Shown: piece after piece, positions 59,433 through 64,000 of the stretch
How the letters are laid out: each line of letters opens with the position of its first letter
Numbering within the stretch: position 1 is the stretch's first letter
Assembly (NCBI GenBank): GCA_040876885.1
Contig: JBBDOU010000013.1
Coordinates: 6,033 to 70,032 of the forward strand
Origin: Minisyncoccota bacterium
GTDB lineage: Bacteria; Patescibacteriota; Minisyncoccia; Phycocordibacterales; JABMNX01
DNA: 64,000 nt
Direction: 5' to 3'
Position numbers and translations under genes: made by a program
Notes under the pieces: model-generated
What the model was told of the DNA's origin: nothing
The model's input: only the letters and a program-made list of their open reading frames with translations
Database searches by the model: none

Positions 59433-60386
59433 ATGGAAAATCTTTTTTTACTTTTGTTTCTGGCTTCCGCCGCCGCACTTATCGTCGGCCTGATCAAGCC
59501 GAAACTTTTTGAAAACTTATTGAAGGAAAAAGCGACGCGCAAGGGAACGGCCGCAGTGTTCGGTATTGCCGCGGTCGTCTTTCTCGTTTTGTTCGGGGTG
59601 GCCGCGGACACGGACACATCTTCGAACGGAAACACGGACGACGGGACTGCTGTCGAAAACGTGCAGGCCGACGATCCTTCTCCTCCGGCACAACCTGTAG
59701 CGTATGAAATTGTCGAGACGGAAGACCAGAGTCGTAAGGCACTTGGAAACAAACGGCTTTCTGATTACACATCGGAAGAAATCGCGCTCCTCCCCGTTAA
59801 CAAAAAGATGCGCTACCGGGTCGTGGTGTCTCCTGACATCAAAGAAGCGCAGGTGCGACCAACGGTCGAGAAAATCATCTCCGACATAACATCTCGCGAC
59901 AACGACATCGACGAGATCAACTTGCTTCTTTACAGCGACAAGGAACTCGCTGACGGGGCGTTTGATGTTGCCATGGCAACGTGGGCAGTCGGAGGAGATC
60001 TGGGAAACGTAACGCCTGAGATCGCCGAGAACAACGACCGAAGTGGTTATGAAATCTCTCTCACGGTGAGGGATAACCTTGAGGAGTACCTGCGTGCACG
60101 TGGCGAATCCGAAGAACGCTTAGGTTTTTCCGAAGATGAAAGACGCCAGATTTTCAAAGAAATAGTCGCGGCCGAGGACAAGGCACGCGACGAAGCGGAA
60201 GCACTATACCCGATCGACATCTCTGATCCCGATTACAAACAGGAAAATCTCGAGAAGAACTTCTCGAAGGAACAAGAGCTTGCTGATGAGTACGAGGCAC
60301 AAGTGAGAGTGAAGTACGGGATTACAAAGGAAATCCAAAACGCAATTTCAACCGAGGCCCACCAAGAAAACTGGCCGTTCGAGTAA
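59433..60386 (+). CDS. Membrane-anchored acidic exported protein
   Basis: MENLFLLLFL...GLIKP, two N-terminal TM segments; terminator-like hairpin about 60418-60440. Confidence 0.7.
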   Translation: MENLFLLLFLASAAALIVGLIKPKLFENLLKEKATRKGTAAVFGIAAVVFLVLFGVAADTDTSSNGNTDDGTAVENVQADDPSPPAQPVAYEIVETEDQSRKALGNKRLSDYTSEEIALLPVNKKMRYRVVVSPDIKEAQVRPTVEKIISDITSRDNDIDEINLLLYSDKELADGAFDVAMATWAVGGDLGNVTPEIAENNDRSGYEISLTVRDNLEEYLRARGESEERLGFSEDERRQIFKEIVAAEDKARDEAEALYPIDISDPDYKQENLEKNFSKEQELADEYEAQVRVKYGITKEIQNAISTEAHQENWPFE

Positions 60387-60479
60387 AAACAAAAACTCGC
60401 ATGTCGTTTTGAAAACGTCCCGCAACAGCGGGGCTTTTTCTATACAAAAGGCCGGAAAAGTAGTATGGTTTGGTTATAA

Positions 60480-61370
60480 ATGCCCAGAAGGAAGACAAAA
60501 AACACAACAGGCATACGCGGAACGGGAACCGTCGACGCGACGGTTGTTTACCGTGTGCTCCAATGTAGTAACCCGGAATGTGAAGGGTTCCTACAAATCT
60601 CTGAAGATGACATTGAGGAAGGTGACGTTGATGAGCTGTCAAAATGTCCGGCGTGCGGTACCGTCAACACGCCTTTCGTTTTGGAGAGTCCACGTTGGAA
60701 GTATTGTCGGGTGTGTGAACGTCTGCAACCTTTAGAAAGTTTCCATAAGCACAAAGTCACTGGTAAATCGTTTCGCTCCGGCCGCCAGCTTGAATGTGCC
60801 GACTGCAAAAACAGCAAGATTAATCCTGTGTTGAATCCGCTACGAACAGCGGATCAACACCGGGAGTCTTCGGAAGGCCGACGGCTTTATGGTTTCTTGT
60901 CGGGTGAGAGCAAAAAGAAAATTGATAGCAAAGAGATCCACAAACGGTTTGAAGGTAAATGCTTCAACTGCGAGAGAGAGCTTGAGTATGAGGCAAAAGG
61001 ACCAAAAGAAATGCACCTTGATCACACCTTCCCCGCAAAATTGCTCTGGCCGCTTCATTTTGGCCCCACACTGCTTTGTCGTGAGTGTAATGGTAGGAAG
61101 CATGAAGTTTGGCCTGCGGACTTCTACACGGCCGAACAGCTGAAAAAGCTCTCCGTATTGACGGGGATCCCGCATGAACTGCTTGCCGGGAAGCCCCATG
61201 TAAATCCGAAAGCCGTACAGTGGCTTGTAAAAAACATCGACGAGATACTGGTGCGGTGGATTAGGTACCCGAACGAAGTTAAGCGCATTCGCCGCATGGT
61301 TCAGGATTTGGAGGGCGTCGACATCTTTGCAAACGCAACAACGGTCCCTAGGTTCTTGAAAGAAGATTAA
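60480..61370 (+). CDS. Zinc-finger HNH endonuclease, probable restriction enzyme
   Basis: Multiple Cys pairs; CFNC...HLDHTFP...LLCRECNGRKH; convergent with the methyltransferase. Confidence 0.8.
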   Translation: MPRRKTKNTTGIRGTGTVDATVVYRVLQCSNPECEGFLQISEDDIEEGDVDELSKCPACGTVNTPFVLESPRWKYCRVCERLQPLESFHKHKVTGKSFRSGRQLECADCKNSKINPVLNPLRTADQHRESSEGRRLYGFLSGESKKKIDSKEIHKRFEGKCFNCERELEYEAKGPKEMHLDHTFPAKLLWPLHFGPTLLCRECNGRKHEVWPADFYTAEQLKKLSVLTGIPHELLAGKPHVNPKAVQWLVKNIDEILVRWIRYPNEVKRIRRMVQDLEGVDIFANATTVPRFLKED

Positions 61371-64000
61371 GAGAGAAGAAGGAATTGGTGTTTGACTACC
61401 GTTCCCTGATCTCTTACTCCGAAGGACTCTCGGCCTTCAACACTTTCTTCAAAAACATCTGCCGTTGTAAACCACGGCTTTGCAATGTCCGCGAGTTTTT
61501 CTGCCATGTCGCATTTACTGCTTTTTCCTAAATGGAAAACAAGAATGCCGTCGGGTTTGAGTCTTTCTCTAGCTTGACGAAGGATGGGCTCGTACACATC
61601 AAATCCGACCTTTTGTTTCTCATCGATGAATCCCAGCGGTTTATTGCTGAAGTCCTGATTATCCCACCCGCTAAACCAGAGACGAAGCCAGTTTGCTAAA
61701 TAGAAACGCGTACTGTCAAAAAAGGGTGGTGATGTAATAATCGCATCCAAGTCTTTTACATGCTTCGGCCACCACGATGTTGCGTCTTGGTAAAGAACCT
61801 CTCCGGGGAGAAATGACTCAGGAACTTCTGTACGCAAACTGCGTTCCACTTTTTCCTTGAGTCGTGGTATGAGCGCTCTGTACTCATACTCTCCCGTAGG
61901 AGCAAACGGAGTTATGCCGTGGGACCTCCTACTCAAAGCATACGGCCTATTGCCATGTAAGATGTGTAGAAGGCTTGAAACCACAAGGCTTTCTGACGAA
62001 GTAAACTCTGGAAGCTCTTTGAAAAACTGACGAGCCTTTACGATCTCCTCTAGTGTTTTGGGGTCGTAATACTCTACCAGTTTTTTATTGAACCCGAACT
62101 GCTTTGCTTCCTGTAATGCATTACGGTCAACTTTCTCTTTGTTAATAAATTGATCCAAATCCTGAATTGTTTTTTGGATCCGTGTTTTATCAACTTTGCC
62201 GATCTTTGCACGCGCAATATGAATAGCCGCCGGGCTTATATCGAAACTGTAAGAAGCTCTGCCATTTAGTGCTGCCTCAAAAGGAATTGTTCCCACACCA
62301 GCAAATGGGTCGAGTACTTTCTGTCCGGGCTTTGTAAATGTTTTAACAAGGTAATAAGCAAGGGAGGGTTTCAATTTTCCTTGATAGGAGCAAAGTGAAT
62401 GTAGAGGGTGGCCCCAGTTCCGCTTTGAAAATGGGTGCGTTGTGTGTGGAAGTGTGTTTTTAAAGGTCCCCCATGCGTCTTTCCAGTCGGGCTTTTGAGC
62501 GCTATCTTCATTGGAGCTTTTCTCTGGTCCCTCGAAGATCAAAAGAACCTGTTTTAGTACCTCTCCACTTCGGGACATGCGTTTACGGAGAGTAACTCTA
62601 TCTTTTTCCTTGTATCCAAGATTTTTCAAAACCTCAGCAAGTAATTCATCTGTTGGCACTTTAACGCCAGCGTAAACTGAATCGCCAATGTCTACGGCGA
62701 CAAGAGCCTTCGGTGCTAAGTGGCTAAGAAGGTCATCAAAAATTGCACGCATGTCGCTGAAGTAATCCGCAACCATCTTAGGGATGCGGGGATCGTACGC
62801 ATTTTTTTCTAGCTTCTTTACTACATCCTCAACATTTTTTGAAACAAAGGTAAGGGGTTTTCTTTTGGTGACGTCGTTTATTCCAGCTGTAACTGCCTCG
62901 TACCTAAACTCAGCAAGATCACCTTTTGTCTTGATGCCCCTCAAAAACCACAGCTCCACCTTTGTGTTGCGAAAATAGTTTGTTCCGTTGAGATATGGTG
63001 GACTCGTAATCACTGCATCAATTTTTGAACTCGGTAATTTCGATAAACCTTGAGCTCCTTCCGTCAAAAGAATGGGGCGAGAAGGCAAACTCTCAAGGTT
63101 CTCGATGTCTTCTATGATGTTAGACAGGTTCTGTTCCACCTTTTCTATAAACTCCACTTTCTTAGTAAGCTCTTTTTTTGTTTTGTATCTTACGTCTCCG
63201 GCCCTCTGAAGAAGCGATGCGGGGATGAGTGCGTTCACAATAGCAACCTGAAGAAGATCGGCTGTCAGTTGGTGCGTGTAAGAAATCTCGTCAATTAATG
63301 TTCGTGCTCGTAACACAAGATCGAACGTTTTATCATCAAAAAACTCACTACCATTAAAGGCGTTCTTGTAATTTTGTAGCAAGGAAGCGTCTGGCTGTGC
63401 TTTGTTGATCAGCTCTGAAAGCCCTCCCTGCATTGAGTAGAGATTTTTAAGTACTGCCGCTCGCTTTTTCTCTGGGAGTAACGAAACATCTATCTTTGTT
63501 TTAACTAGCGCCTGCAGGAGAGGGTTAACCTCTGAGTAGAGTGCTCGTAGCCCTCTCTGGGCTGCGACGAGAGCCGTTACACCGGTTCCGGCAAACGGAT
63601 CATAAACGGTGCTCGCCTTCGGCGCATAATTATCAAGAATGTGTTCAACAAACTCGGGAGAGTAACCTTCGAGATACGAGTACCACTTGTGCAGGGGGTT
63701 ATCACGCCCGCCCTTAAAGGTGACGTGAACCGGGTCTATCTTCGTGCCACCTTTTGTGCTTGCCCCATTCGTCACTGCCTTCTTGAGCTCTGTAATGCAG
63801 TACGAATTGAGGGAAATGTTCTCTTGTTGTGCCTTTTTCTCAAGATCTTTGTATGAGTGGACATGCAGGAGCTCGCGTACTTCGTGGCTGCTTAGGGGAG
63901 CAATTGCACCATGAACGTCCTCATCGTTTTTACCAAAAGCTAATACCAAACCCCGAGCATTAGGGTTTTCTATTTTGTAGTCCGGGAAGTAAATTGCTTT
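61367..64000 (-). CDS. Fused double amino-DNA methyltransferase (5' end beyond window)
   Basis: Domain 1 DPFAGTG...TSPPY, domain 2 DPFAGVG...TSPPF; frame stays open past 63949 to the edge (KAIYFPDYKIENPNARGL...). Confidence 0.9.
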   Translation of the reverse strand, partial: KAIYFPDYKIENPNARGLVLAFGKNDEDVHGAIAPLSSHEVRELLHVHSYKDLEKKAQQENISLNSYCITELKKAVTNGASTKGGTKIDPVHVTFKGGRDNPLHKWYSYLEGYSPEFVEHILDNYAPKASTVYDPFAGTGVTALVAAQRGLRALYSEVNPLLQALVKTKIDVSLLPEKKRAAVLKNLYSMQGGLSELINKAQPDASLLQNYKNAFNGSEFFDDKTFDLVLRARTLIDEISYTHQLTADLLQVAIVNALIPASLLQRAGDVRYKTKKELTKKVEFIEKVEQNLSNIIEDIENLESLPSRPILLTEGAQGLSKLPSSKIDAVITSPPYLNGTNYFRNTKVELWFLRGIKTKGDLAEFRYEAVTAGINDVTKRKPLTFVSKNVEDVVKKLEKNAYDPRIPKMVADYFSDMRAIFDDLLSHLAPKALVAVDIGDSVYAGVKVPTDELLAEVLKNLGYKEKDRVTLRKRMSRSGEVLKQVLLIFEGPEKSSNEDSAQKPDWKDAWGTFKNTLPHTTHPFSKRNWGHPLHSLCSYQGKLKPSLAYYLVKTFTKPGQKVLDPFAGVGTIPFEAALNGRASYSFDISPAAIHIARAKIGKVDKTRIQKTIQDLDQFINKEKVDRNALQEAKQFGFNKKLVEYYDPKTLEEIVKARQFFKELPEFTSSESLVVSSLLHILHGNRPYALSRRSHGITPFAPTGEYEYRALIPRLKEKVERSLRTEVPESFLPGEVLYQDATSWWPKHVKDLDAIITSPPFFDSTRFYLANWLRLWFSGWDNQDFSNKPLGFIDEKQKVGFDVYEPILRQARERLKPDGILVFHLGKSSKCDMAEKLADIAKPWFTTADVFEESVEGRESFGVRDQGTVVKHQFLLLS

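Larger units (their letters stand above)
54850..64000. mobile_element. Integrative island at the tmRNA 3' end (far boundary outside window)
   Basis: Serine recombinase abutting ssrA, visibly higher GC/CpG content, accessory cargo including a probable R-M pair. Confidence 0.85.

Noticed and set aside
54850-64000. Complete prophage
   Set aside because: No capsid, portal, large terminase, tail or lysis genes within the window

Overview
This window looks like a chromosome segment from a Patescibacteria/CPR bacterium (Parcubacteria-like, inferred from gene content and compact operons), using standard code 11. Most of it is housekeeping: secG end, rnj, mutY, nth, msrA, a DEAD-box helicase, typA, an ABC-F protein, a PIF1-like helicase, pyrG, ftsEX, a shortened prfB, gatCA, ligA, a type IV pilus/competence cluster with comF, recG, ftsH, smpB and tmRNA. 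The accessory signal clusters at stable-RNA genes. (1) Three different tRNAs (Gln-CTG, fMet, Ile-TAT) share a 3' architecture: an inverted copy of their own T-arm, a homologous ~100-nt structured module, and a direct copy of the tRNA 3' end; this may be an undescribed tRNA-targeted mini-element family. (2) Partial 5' copies of tRNA-Ser and tRNA-Ile are broken in the D-arm by hairpin-rich inserts. (3) A nonsense-interrupted LAGLIDADG gene lies between a tRNA-Asp remnant and an intact tRNA-Asp. (4) There is an inverted, CCA-bearing second copy of tRNA-Thr(CGT) and a rare tRNA-Ile(UAU). (5) Two promoter/terminator-bounded candidate sRNAs are present, one 6S-like rod and one tRNA-like. (6) A serine-recombinase island is integrated at the tmRNA 3' end, carrying two structured non-coding regions and an HNH nuclease plus fused double methyltransferase that runs off the window. 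All calls come from reading motifs by eye; no database search or folding program was run.
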